64,000 nucleotides of DNA from Amphiscolops sp. MND2022 (taxonomy: Eukaryota). Location: assembly GCA_964187785.1 (NCBI GenBank), contig OZ076409.1, forward strand, positions 61,568,001 through 61,632,000, written 5' to 3'. The notes beneath the pieces are model-generated. The model was not told where the DNA came from. It saw only the letters and a list, made by a program, of their open reading frames with translations, and ran no database searches. Below are positions 1 to 11,300 of the stretch, piece by piece. The position numbers and the translations under genes were made by a program. Position 1 is the first letter of the stretch. Each line of letters opens with the position of its first letter.

Positions 1-2043
1 CTTCACAACTACAAGAGCCAGCCAAAACGTCATGAACTTCATGTGTTCTCGGATGCTTCGGAGAAAGCATTTTCTGCAGTATCCTATTTACGAACAATCC
101 ACGACGACAACCACATCAGCATTGATTTTCTAATTGGTAAAGCCAGAGTTGCACCCATAAAACGACTCACGATTCCAAATTTGGAACTTCAAGCAGCAAC
201 TATTGGAAGCCGCCTTGCAGTGTACATCAAAGAAGAACTTGACATACGCATAGCTAAAACCTTCATGTGGACCGACAGTACAACCGTTTTGCACTGGATT
301 AACAATACTCATCAAAGACACAAAATCTTCGTTGCCAATCGACTTAACATTATTCTCGACTCAACAGACGCGTCCGATTGGAGATACGTTCCAACTTCAG
401 ACAACCCCGCAGATGATGGAACAAGAGGATATACTGCCAGTCAAATGAATGTCAACTCGCGATGGATTCAAGGACCACCGTTTCTCTCGCACAATGAACA
501 CTTTTGGCCTGCACAGCCTACTTCGTCTCAACAAGTTGCTGTGTCTCTTACCCACCAGCCCACCGACCAACACGAAAAACCACTCTTTGAAATTACGCGC
601 TTCAGTAATTGGAACCGCCTAATTAGGACTATTGCCTTCTGTTTCCTCGTTGCCGACAAAGCCAGAAATCGCCAAGCCACTCTAACTTTGGAGCATATTA
701 CCAAAGCTTTCAAATTTCTCATCAAGTCTTCTCAGCAACATTCTTTCCTCGCAGAAATGAAAGAGCTATCTAAGAAGAATTGCCTGCCCGCCAACTCTAG
801 AATTTCACAACTCAGCCCCTTCATCGACGAGCATGGAATCTTGCGATCGCGTGGCCGACTTGCCAAGGCCACTGTTATTTTGTGTAGCAGATTTCCTGTC
901 ATCTTGGATGCCGCATGCCCTTCAATCGAACTCTTCTTACAACACATTCACAGCACCAATGGACACTGTGGACTCGAATTCAGCCGTGCCTTAGTTCAAC
1001 AACAGTTTTGGATACTCAAAGCCCGCAAGGTGTTACGACAACTCATTCGACGTTGCATCACTTGCCGCAGACAACAGCAGGATGTCATCCAGCCCATCAT
1101 GGCTGACTTGCCGAAAGAACGACTCCCTTCCTCGATCAATTTTCCATTCCGTACAACTGGAGTTGATTACCTAGGACCATTTTTCATCAAAGCCCCGCGT
1201 GCCGAAAAACGATATATACTTCTCTTCACTTGCCTCGTCACCAGAGCTATCCATATTGAAATTACAGAGAAACTGAACACCGACGAATCAATTTTAGCTA
1301 TCCGAAGATTTATTTGCCGAAGAGGGCAGCCTCACTCCATCAGATCAGACAACGCAACTACCTTTATCTCTGCCAATAAAGACCTCAAAGCCGAACTAAA
1401 GAAACTTGAGAAAGCCTCATCTGATATATCTGCCCGTCTTGGTGTGCAGCATATCGCCTGGTATTTCAACCCACCAGCAGCCCCTCATTTCGGGGGTGCA
1501 AGGGAGCGGTTAATCCGCTCTTTCAAAGATACCTTCTACAAAATTGTTGGATCGAGAACCTTGCGCGATTCTACGCTTTACACTTTTGCCTGTGAAGTAG
1601 AGGCAATAATGAACAATCGGCCTCTCTTGCATGTTTCTTCGGACATCACCGACATGGAGCCTCTCACACCGAATCATCTACTACTCGGAAGACCTCAAGC
1701 AATCGTACCGACAGGTATCTTCGACAATCACACGGAGCCCTACAGCTGGAAGAAAGCTCAAGCTTTAGCAGACAGTTTTTGGTCAAGGTTCAGCAAAGAA
1801 TACATGCCATCTCTGCAAACAAGATCAAAGTGGACGAAACATTCCGATGAACTGAAACCTGGAGATTTAGTTTGGATCTTGGAAGATTACACAGCCCGTG
1901 GAATATGGCCGGTCGGAAAAGTCAAGTCAGTCACCAAAGGCACAGACAACGTGGCCCGCTCGTGTGACCTCATCACTTCTTTTGGAACGATTAAAAGACC
2001 TGTCATAAAACTTTCAAAACTCTTCGTCGATAATTACGACTAG
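1..2043 (+). CDS. pol: BEL/Pao LTR retrotransposon Pol, 3' part (RNase H + integrase), 5'-truncated by the window edge
   Basis: Frame open from position 1. Pao-type RNase H motifs (HVFSDAS, GKARVAP, TIPNLELQAA, WTDS, DNPAD), HHCC (H..GH...CITC), integrase core GVDYLGP / SDNAT / PHFGGARE, and BEL-typical C-terminus PLTPNHLL...WPVG. Confidence 0.95.
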   Translation, partial: LHNYKSQPKRHELHVFSDASEKAFSAVSYLRTIHDDNHISIDFLIGKARVAPIKRLTIPNLELQAATIGSRLAVYIKEELDIRIAKTFMWTDSTTVLHWINNTHQRHKIFVANRLNIILDSTDASDWRYVPTSDNPADDGTRGYTASQMNVNSRWIQGPPFLSHNEHFWPAQPTSSQQVAVSLTHQPTDQHEKPLFEITRFSNWNRLIRTIAFCFLVADKARNRQATLTLEHITKAFKFLIKSSQQHSFLAEMKELSKKNCLPANSRISQLSPFIDEHGILRSRGRLAKATVILCSRFPVILDAACPSIELFLQHIHSTNGHCGLEFSRALVQQQFWILKARKVLRQLIRRCITCRRQQQDVIQPIMADLPKERLPSSINFPFRTTGVDYLGPFFIKAPRAEKRYILLFTCLVTRAIHIEITEKLNTDESILAIRRFICRRGQPHSIRSDNATTFISANKDLKAELKKLEKASSDISARLGVQHIAWYFNPPAAPHFGGARERLIRSFKDTFYKIVGSRTLRDSTLYTFACEVEAIMNNRPLLHVSSDITDMEPLTPNHLLLGRPQAIVPTGIFDNHTEPYSWKKAQALADSFWSRFSKEYMPSLQTRSKWTKHSDELKPGDLVWILEDYTARGIWPVGKVKSVTKGTDNVARSCDLITSFGTIKRPVIKLSKLFVDNYD

Positions 2044-2108
2044 ACTTTCTCAACACTGACGTTGACTCTCAAACTTTCCTCACCAAACTCTTATTTGCCT
2101 CCTGCAAA

Positions 2109-2706
2109 TGGGGCCGGCCATGTTATGCGTTGCATTACTCATTGATGAATTTTGACTCATGAATGACTTTGACTTTGTTTTGAATGAATCATACTTGTAT
2201 TGAGTCAGCCAGTTTATGAAATTGAAGTAATGTCCCGCTCATGGATCTTCAAAAGAATGAGTTACGCTCAGAAAAGACATTCAAGGTTATGTTTTCCCAG
2301 TCCTTCTCTTTATCGCCATTTGTGAAACATTTTAACTCTTAAATAAGCCTATAGTAAATGAAGCATTTCCTAGCCTTTTCCAAACCCTAAAATTTACTAT
2401 TATGAAGTCTTTCACTAATTTTACGCTATTTTATTTCCGGTATTTGGAGACTGCCGTCTTACAGGTATCAAGTAGTCTTTGTTTTAATCTTTCTTCAGTA
2501 TTTATAATTAATAGGGAATGACATTTGATTGAATATAAACAAATGCGAATAACAATCCAATCGGAAAAAAGTTATTAAACTCGTCGAGTTCGCGTCCGAG
2601 AATACCAATCAGGGATCATTTAACTACAAGAGACAAATGTATGAGATTCATCGCCTAATATTCTCAACTGAAATTGAGAAGAGTTTTTAGACTTCGTACA
2701 TCAACA
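2109..2706 (+). repeat. BEL/Pao PPT-like tract and probable 3' LTR (start 2121; right end uncertain)
   Basis: GGGGCCGGCCA immediately followed by TGTTATG at 2121, 77 nt after the pol stop. The end at ...TCAACA (2706) is a guess because the partner LTR is outside the window. Confidence 0.5.
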
Positions 2707-2735
2707 TTTTCTTTCTCGAAATAAAACCAACCGAT

Positions 2736-3220
2736 CAGAGGTGCGACAGCGAGAGCGATAGCGGTAGCGTTAGCGACAATTCAGCATTAATTAGCGATAG
2801 CGATAGTTAGCGACAAATTAGGGCGTTAGCAAACATTTTCATCCGCTAAACAGAATACAATGCCGTTAAGGTGAGAACGATTGAAAATATGATTCTGCTG
2901 AAAAATATTGGTCCATTGGTGAGCAATCAACATTGACAATTTTGATCCAGAAAGTTTTGGCTGCCTTAACCAGTACAGCTTCGGTCGAACAGTTATTCAG
3001 TGTGGCCGGCAATGTGCAAAACCCAAGGCAGAACTAGACTTTGACCAAAAATTTTTTTTCAAAACCTTCCGAAATTTAAATGGTTATCTTGAAAATCAGT
3101 TTTTTAATTAGCGATAGCGTTAGAGATTAGCGAACCCATTTTGTTGTAGCGTTAGCGATGAAATCGACCCATTAGCGATGTTCGCGATTAGCGATAAAAC
3201 GGTTAGCGATCACACCTCTG
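2736..3220 (+). mobile_element. Non-autonomous hAT DNA transposon (internal deletion derivative)
   Basis: TIRs CAGAGGTGCGA / TCACACCTCTG, 8-bp TSD CAACCGAT / CAACAGAT (1 mismatch), many TAGCG(A) subterminal repeats. 2942-3034 encodes LIQKVLAALTSTASVEQLFSVAGNV, resembling the hAT C-terminal dimerisation motif. Confidence 0.85.
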
Positions 3221-3371
3221 CAACAGATGTTTATAATCAGCAATGAACACCCTCGTTATTTAAATAACTTGAATTTTTTTTCAAAAATTAGAAGTGATTG
3301 AGTCCTTTGAAATTGCTGGGCAACAAACGGGTTCTGTCAGCCGGGTGAAATTTTTTCAGAAGAAGACCTGG

Positions 3372-3909
3372 TTTTTAGTCGGCGCCTTTTCCCTTAAGGA
3401 AAAAAGCCCGACTATTACAGTGGGTAGTTTTTTTTCTTTTTCAGCCTACAATCTCACTCTGAATGGTCCACTTTTTACAATTTGTTCATCTGTTCTGTTG
3501 TTCATCTTCTAAATTTCTGAAGCCGGAGAGCGGGGGTTCGATTCTCGCACTAAACCATAATATTTTTATGCTTCCAAAAGTACAGCAGGTGAGACCAAAG
3601 GGTCCCCCTTTGGGTTTTTTTCGGCACTATGCGACTTTTTTTCGAAAATTTTCGGATTCTATCAAAGGGTAACCCCTTGCATTTTTTTGAAGTTTTTGGT
3701 TTGTAAAAACGTTTAATGAGCCTGAATGGCCTCTTTTTGAGTTTTTCGGCATTGTGCGACTTTCTAAAAAAATACTTTTTTTCGAAAAAAAAAAATTTTC
3801 AAAATTTTTTTTTTGAAAAACATAATTTTTCCCAAAGTTTCCAATAGTTGTTCTTTGAATATTTTTGAGCCTTAGATATGGCGCCGACTTGAGACGATCC
3901 AGTCTTGTT
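3372..3909 (+). mobile_element. Helentron-type non-autonomous element (DINE-1/HINE-like), full copy
   Basis: 5' subterminal IR AGTCGGCGC (3377-3385) with nearby partial IR CCCGACT. 3' subterminal IR GCGCCGACT (3881-3889) followed by a short stem-loop and CTTGTT. T-rich flanks. Confidence 0.75.
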
Positions 3910-4409
3910 TTGGATTGTTCCACAATACGCAGTTACGGAAAGGTTTTTCGTGCCACGGTGTGCAGTAACCGCCCTCAGAAGCCATGTAAAGTTTTTTTTT
4001 AAATTGAAGTTCTTCGCCGTGTTTGTTCTTCGCCACAAGAGAGAGTTCAAAAACAGTTCGAATTTTGTTTATGAAAAAGTATTATTGAGCAATTCATTTT
4101 TATTCAAAGCGATTGCGCTCAGAACACCCTGGTGAACAGGTTCAGTTCTTTTCAGTCAGATTTATCTACTGATCCATAAATTATGAGACTGTAACAATAA
4201 TCAGATTTTGCGAATAGGTCACAAAACTTGAACAAACAGTTATGTGAGTACATATGCTGTATTCTATATATTATATAAACTAGGTCAGAGAAATTATAAA
4301 GTTTTGTCACTATCGACTCTTCGTTTTTTAGATCTTAGGTATCTGTCAACATAGAAATCCAAAATAAGCATGCATATTTATAGGTTAGGGTATTTTCATG
4401 TGAGGTTTT

Positions 4410-5174
4410 TCACGTAAGGTTCACTAGGACGCCCATTCCCAAACGATATAGACTCAAACTACTTGTCTTTACCAAAATTGAAATTGCTCGCACCAAACCA
4501 TTCGGATAAATAATCGAACTCTCGGTGAAGTTTACCGAATTAATAAGTGAAGGGTCATCAGCAACACTTAGCATGCACTTTCTTCGAGGTTTATATTGTT
4601 GATGAGAATCCGAAAATGCCTCAAGACTCAACCTTGCGGCACCCTTGTTGCGATTTATATGATTGGTAGTTTTTCTAACGAGAAAAACATGAAACAAAAA
4701 CGTTTCTAAAAGATCGTGAATCTTTCCCCTTTGAGTCGTAGCTGTCAAGCTTAGACAATAGTACTTCGAGGTCTAAAGTATCGAACGTTTTTTGCAAGTC
4801 AATGAAGCATCCTCGTCTTTGTGCTTTTTTATCAAACTCAAAACGCATGCATTCAGTTACTGCTGCAATTGAATCAACAAAAGTTATTTTATCAGAGAAA
4901 AAGTTTTACTTAGCACAAAAGCTTGAACTTTGTACGGAAATCATTCATTTGTTTATTTTAACCTTTATAAATCTTCAATTGCGGAGCACAAAACGCCAGT
5001 CAACTGATAGTTCACGGAGTGAGCCTTGTTTCTTTTCTGGTACAGACGAAAAACTATTGCTACATTGAAAGAATGCGGAAAACCCCTTTCATCAATGCAT
5101 TTGTTGAGTGCTGACGTTAGATACTTGCCAAATACTGCGTCACCAACATAGTCATTGGTAAGTTGGACATACAT
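4410..5174 (-). pseudogene. Degenerate non-LTR (LINE) reverse transcriptase fragment
   Basis: LNKCIDERGFPHSFNVAIVFRLYQK..HSVNYQL resembles the LINE RT P..WK.A.V..K...NYRPI block. Downstream RGKIHDLLETFL and SVADD. Several stops and frameshifts. Confidence 0.65.
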
Positions 5175-5275
5175 TGTTTAGTCAAGAGCATAAAGAGTGG
5201 TGTATAATTTTTTGTCGGTAACTTTGTCGGAGTGTGGGGACTTTCCCATATTATTATCAAATTATGTACTCAGTT

Positions 5276-6000
5276 GTTAGTCAGCGCTTTCGCAAAAAGA
5301 GCAGACTAAAGTTGTGACTTTTTAGTCCGCGCTTTTCGTAGAAAACGCAGATTATAGCAGTGACTTTTATTATTAATTTCAAGACCAAGGAAGTGACAGA
5401 TTTCATAAGCTTTATAAGCTGCGTCCACTAACTGCCACACTTGTAACTTCTACTGCCACTTATCATAGAGGTTAATTAGGATAGTTTTTGATGTCTGCCA
5501 AATAGAAGGACGTGGGTTCGAGTCCCGCCCATGACCAAAAACTGTTTGTGCAGGTTTTTTTTCGGCTGGGTGAGACTTTTTTTGCAAAATTTTTAAATGT
5601 CTCCGAAGGGTCCCCCCTAATTACGATACATATGCCGCAACGAACTAGGAAGAAGTTGCTAGTTCGATTAACAGCCAATCGAAACGCGTTATTATTTCTG
5701 ATACGCGTTACGAGTTTTGCTCCTGCTTTTACGAGAAGGCTTCTTTTTTTCTATTTTGCAAAAGAATGTATGTTCAAAAACTCCTGAAGGCCCCCTTTTA
5801 ACATTTTTCGGCACTTTGCGACTTACCGGAGACCAAAAAAAGTTCCAAAAAAATTTTTCGAAAAAAATCAAAAAATTCGTTTTTTTTTTCAATTTTTTCC
5901 TCACGCGGGTACTGTAGACGAGAATACTTGACACATTGAAGTCCTTTTGCTATTTTTGAGCCTTAGATATGGCGGCGACTTGGGCCGTTCCCGGCTTGTT
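5276..6000 (+). mobile_element. HINE-like repeat copy
   Basis: Degenerate 5' TTAGTCAGCGC / TTAGTCCGCGC and the family 3' end GAGCCTTAGATATGGCGGCGACTTGGGCCGTTCCCGGCTTGTT. Confidence 0.65.
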
Positions 6001-6014
6001 ATTTCTAAGATCGA

Positions 6015-6701
6015 CGAACTGACAGATTTCATAAGTCTTATAAGCTGTTGCTCAGGAACTTGTAACTTCTGCTGCCACTTGGCACAAAACCTAATCTGGA
6101 TTTTTTTGAGGGCTGAGAAGCAGAAAGATGGGGTTTGATTCTCGCACTTGACAAAATGTTTTTGATGCTTGTTTCAACTTTGCTTGGTACTTTGCAACAA
6201 ATTAGATTTTCAAAACGCCCAAAGTGTTCCTCTTTTATAATTTTTGGCCTTGTGTGATTTTTCAAAATGAATATTTTTCGTCCCAGTGTCACAGCACACT
6301 ATATCCGACTTTCCCATTTTTTGGACCAGCGTTTTTTCTGTGCGACACTTTTATAATTTGTTTCCTTCGAAATTCTTCAATATTCATTTTGCGATCATAG
6401 AGGACTGCTTAAAACTTTCGGCACTATGCGACTTACTGGAGTCCTTCATCAAAACGTTTTTCGAATTTGCTTCCTAAATTTATCGTTTTTTGAAGTGGTT
6501 TTCGGTGGAGAAAAATGGGTTTTTGTTGCCTCCAGTTGGGAAAACGTGATTTCCGAGTTTTATGCGTATCACTTTGGGTATTTTTGGCACTGCAAGGTTG
6601 ATGCAATTTCAACCATAGTGGGGAACAACTTTTGCATATTTAAAAGCTTTACTTTTCTGAACTTTGAGCCCGGTGCCGACTTGGACCGTTCCCGGCTTTT
6701 T
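6015..6701 (+). mobile_element. HINE-like repeat copy, in tandem with the previous one
   Basis: Repeats the GACAGATTTCATAAG...CTTGTAACTTCT.CTGCCACTT block of 5395-5460 and ends GGTGCCGACTTGGACCGTTCCCGGCTTTT. Confidence 0.55.
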
Positions 6702-7765
6702 TAACCGAGGAAGTCCGCTTGGTTGACGATGTGGCATTCGTGAGTTTCTAGGGTCTTGTAAATCATTCTCGCCGACGGATTTTCACCATGTCTATAGTCA
6801 AAGTGTAAAATTTTCGAGGTTCAAGGTTATCTGATTCTTTCTGATATCTGATTCTAATTGATCCTCAAATGAAGAGTTTTTAATATACTTTACCTTAGAT
6901 TTGTTAGAACAAGGAAGAAAATTGTGTTGTATTCGGATTTCTCTGCGTGGTTACTGTGGGAATTCCCGCGCTCTACCAACACGTTTGCGTGCAAAGGTAG
7001 AAGGGAGACCAACAAGTGCCCCCTTTTTGTTTGTTTTAAGGCTGTTTCACTTTTTCTAGACTTACCGATGATCCTTATCAATTTTGTAAGCAAGACGGAC
7101 GAATTGGTTAGCGAGATGAGAGGCCTTTTCAAGTTGCGCGACTTCTCCACAAGTTTTGGTTTTTTTGCTCCGTTTGTATCTGACCACGTATTTCAGTTCT
7201 TACTACGAAAAAATTTTCCTCAAGAAATCTAAGGTGTCATCAAAAGATGTGCTCAATGTTTTGTTACTGATCGACTAGAAAGTGTTTCGAGGTGGTGTTT
7301 AAGAGGTGTTCGAATCCCCCTTAATTGTTTTGGTTCAAGTTCCACATATGATCGCAGTAAACTTTTTTACGATACCAAATTTCTGTATTTGCCAAGAATC
7401 GGCTATTTTGTGGTTTTCCGGTCTCAGGCCATGTAATAATCTGACTGTAGCTTTTTTCCAATTAAAACGCTGATTTGAATTAAAACACTATAATTATAGT
7501 GACTTTCCAATCGTTTTTTTTCAAAACTCGGGTGAAGTGACCAAAAAGTTCTACAAAACTTTTACAAAAAGCCTAATATCTAAAGAGGGCGAAAAGTTCA
7601 TTTTTTGAAATTTTTTTCCGGAGCTATGTTCTCGCTTTAAACTTTTTTGAGATTGGTTTTTAAGGATTTGTAGTATTTTGCTGTTTTTGAGCGTTGAGCG
7701 GGGCCAAAGTATGCCGTTCCGGGTTTGTTAAAAATACTGATTTGCAATGTGAAAAGTTTACATAC

Positions 7766-7972
7766 GGCTAGAAGAAGGATTATAAACTGTCACTCGTTCA
7801 ACAAAACTCGTATATTTGAAATCCAGTCTGATCCAGCCATCGGATCCGAAAGAACAGTCTCCGTATCCAAAAGTTTGCCAATCGTCGTCAGTAAAGTGAT
7901 CAAAGATGGCATCAACGTGTCCATGACATACCGATGACGCCTTACCCCCAAAAATCTTTACCATTTCGGGCT
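7766..7972 (-). CDS. Internal exon of a putative secreted protein with an F5/8-type C / galactose-binding (fucolectin-like) domain
   Basis: Acceptor tttttcAG, donor GTATGT, 207 nt phase 1-1. Peptide EPEMVKIFGGKASSVCHGHVDAIFDHFTDDDWQTFGYGDCSFGSDGWIRLDFKYTSFVERVTVYNPSSS shows the W-I-x-L-D...V-x-x-V-x-V-x-N pattern. Confidence 0.6.
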
Positions 7973-8081
7973 CTGAAAAAAACAATAGAATATTACCACC
8001 ACCTTTTCTGTCCGTTGTTACAAAAACTCAACGGTAAACAAATTCTCTTCAATTTAGTTTTTCGAAGATAATTTTGTTGAG

Positions 8082-8305
8082 TATTCTATCAGTAGAATTA
8101 GAATGAAATAAAGAAGATAATGTGTGTTCAAAAATCTATTCTGATCAGTTCAAAGATACCAATGTAAGTGAATAGATTAGCATTCTACAATGTATTGTAG
8201 TTTATGGACAGGTACCACGCTGTCAAAAGGCAAAAGCTTAATAGTAGTGTTGTGACAGGAATGATTGACATTTAGATATGTGTGTGTCAACGTATAAATT
8301 CCACA
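8082..8305 (-). repeat. 3' LTR of the 8082-13896 element
   Basis: Homologous to 13680-13896 and adjacent to the PPT. Confidence 0.85.
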
Positions 8306-11300
8306 TTCCCCCCGCAATCTAAACAAAATTTCACGCGACAAAATTAACATAAAGTTTAGCAAACGGTTTAAATAATAGCACCGAATGACAAGTGTTTGTA
8401 GACGGTAATTTTCCAAGAAAGCTAAAGCTTTTCTAGAGTTTTTTACCTCCATTCTTTTCTTCTTTGGTTGTTGACGGTATAAGACTCGTCAAAGCCGTTT
8501 TTTCTTACGGTCGTCCCTCTTCACTCTGTTAAACGGTCTTCAGCTCCTCGATTCCACTTGTCAACGGTGTTACCTGTGATAGTCAAACTGTGATCGAGTT
8601 TCCCACAGATTTATGGTCTAGAAGACTTTCGTATATTTGTTCCAGTTTGGTTTTCAGTTTCCTTCAAAGTTATGTTGTCTATTCTTTCTGTTTTTAAAGA
8701 ATCGGTATTACCGTTTCTATCGACGAACGTAATCGCGTTTGGATTTTCTTCTATTGCGTGTCTTGCCTCGTCCAGTTGTTGTTGTGTCATGTTTTCGACG
8801 TAGAATCTCATGTCGTTGTCTCTTAGGCTATGGATTGTCCTGTCCCGCATAAATTTTTTTCCGCCTCTTCAAATGCCGGGACTTGCTGGGGTGTTTTCCA
8901 TATCAATTGTCGAATTGAAGTTTGTTTCTTCTAGTATTCGGGTGCGTCCTCGTTCGATATGCATAGCGATGGTGTTTTCATCTATGGTCGTAAATCTTCT
9001 GCCTGGGCTTCTGGTATTTCCCCCTCCTTGACAGTGGACTCGCAAAGTTCATTTTCATTTGCTTGCTGATTCTTTTCCGATGTGTTATTTTATTTTCGTT
9101 TGTTGTAATTGTATGTTTGGTACTAGCATTCGCTGTTTGTGATTTTGGTCATACACACTTTCGAAGTCATCTCGATTATGTTTCTTTTCTAGACATTGGT
9201 ATGGAAAAATGTTACTATCGTCTTCTTTCAACTTCCTGGTTACTTTCATCTTCAGCTGGCCAAGAAGAATATGTAACCCTGTAGAGTCTCCGGTTTCGCT
9301 GGAACAATATTTTGTTCATTCGGAGATATGTTGAGGTAATTGTCTATCTCCGTAATGTCGTTCGAACCGAGTTTCGTTTATGCTCGATAGGACCGTTGTC
9401 TTCTTTGTATTTAGGTGATGGCTTAATTCTTCTTTCAAGTTTTTTGCCTCCTTCGGGGTTCGCTCTTTCTACAAAACCAGTTGGTGTGTGTATATACGGT
9501 GCTCCGTATATTTGTTTGATGTTTAGGAATTTGCACAAATCCCTAATGTTTTCCGGTCAAGGCTGTGCCTTTGTCCGTTCTGAGCGTTTGTGGCGGACTG
9601 TTTATTGTAATGTATTGTTCCAATGTTTTTGCTGATTTTCCGTTTGGTGTTTCGCATATGCACACGGCCGGCCACCTGCTATATCAATCTATTGAATTTA
9701 GTTCATGAAAGCGCCGTTGCTTAACTCTTATTGGTCGGCAAAATCCAATTGGATTTCTCGATTAGGTTTTTCTGCCAGTGGTAGATACTTAATTTCCGTC
9801 CTCGTATTTAATCTTTAACATTCTTGCCGACCTTTCTACGGAGGATGCGCTCTTTGCACTTTTGTTGAATATACCTTTGTAGTTTTATCCAACGGAAAGG
9901 TTTCGCTGCTGACGTCATTTTGTTTATGGCCGCATGTCCTTTTTGTGGAACCATTATGATCGTTCTTCGTAGTGTTCAGGGTATAATAGGTAGATAGTCG
10001 TAGGAAACTACTCCAAATCCGTTTGAGAGGTTCTTCTGAAATGGTTTGTATTCTTCGGGTTTTTGATCAAGTGAGTTCCGCTTCAGACAGACCAGTGGTT
10101 TTAACAACTTCTCATCATCGGTTGTTTCAGCCGGAATTGTTTTTAAAACCGTTGCGATTTTTTGTTGCGCCTGTCTGACTGTTTCTTCTAAGCCCCACGA
10201 CGGTGGTCTCTATGTGGCTCGCTTGCCCCATTTGTATGTAGCGGACTCCCCTGTAGCTCCCACGCACCGCGTTAAGATGATTGCAGGGACGTCAATGGCG
10301 TTGTTGAAGCTTGTTGACTCGGTTTCGAAATCTTCCCCCATTTTACTTTCGTCCGACTTTTCTTCGATTTGAATTGTTTTGCCCAGTCCTGGTTCGTCTT
10401 CTGGTCGTTCAATTGGGGTGTTTCTGATTCTTTGGATTACTCTGTGTAACTCCTCTATCTTTAGTGGGTCCATTTTCTCCGATATTCTCTATTCTCTGCT
10501 GTTGTAACCCATTTCGATTCTTCCTATTTCTTGTCTAGGATGTTGGGGGGGGATTATATTTCTTCCACACTCCGTTGGACATTCTCAAATCTCCAGGTTT
10601 TTTTTAGTTCTTTCCAGCGATTTGTTATCTCTAGAGTTTCTTCTGATGGGTGTTCTTTCTCTATTTGTTCGTATCTTTTACCCTCCATCTGTGTTTGTTC
10701 GTTCACGTGTTTGAATGTAGTTTGTTTTGTAAGCAACGCACCGCGCTTGGTTTGTTTGTCTTCTTTTGACTTTTGTTCGTTTTTGCATCTCGCTTCTGAT
10801 TGGCTGTTTTTCTGTTCACATGGCTCGTCCTTGTCCGTTTGTTTTCTTTTGTGTTCGGACCGGTGATGCTACCAATAGTGTTATTGAACTCCAGCAATGG
10901 TATTATGCAATTAATGACGTACTCTTCATCGTAATTTCCTATAGGTTCTGCCTTTGATATCGGATTTCAGCTCAAAAAATCAGTCTTTGCCAAATAATTT
11001 CCGGCAATGTGTTTTATCAAACTGTGCCAACCGAACCAGCAATTTTTTTTAGCTTTGCGCTGTGACTTTTGTTTGATCGGTTTCTCTTTATCACAGGCTC
11101 TAGGGCCTGAAGATCTGTTGGCAATTCAATCGGTTTTCTGTATATATGCAGACGGAGACGTTCCAACCCCAAATTACTGCTAGTAGTTCGAATTCTTTCA
11201 TTGCATATTTTTTTTGTGTATCCGATGAAAATCTGCTTGCAAAACCGAAAAATTTAAATTTCCGAGTGCTGCGCCCAGACATTTTGTACTTGCATCTGTT

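Noticed and set aside
2745..2830. TAGCGA repeats as a CRISPR or satellite array
   Set aside because: Short irregular motifs at both ends of the hAT element, best explained as subterminal transposase-binding repeats. The context is eukaryotic.
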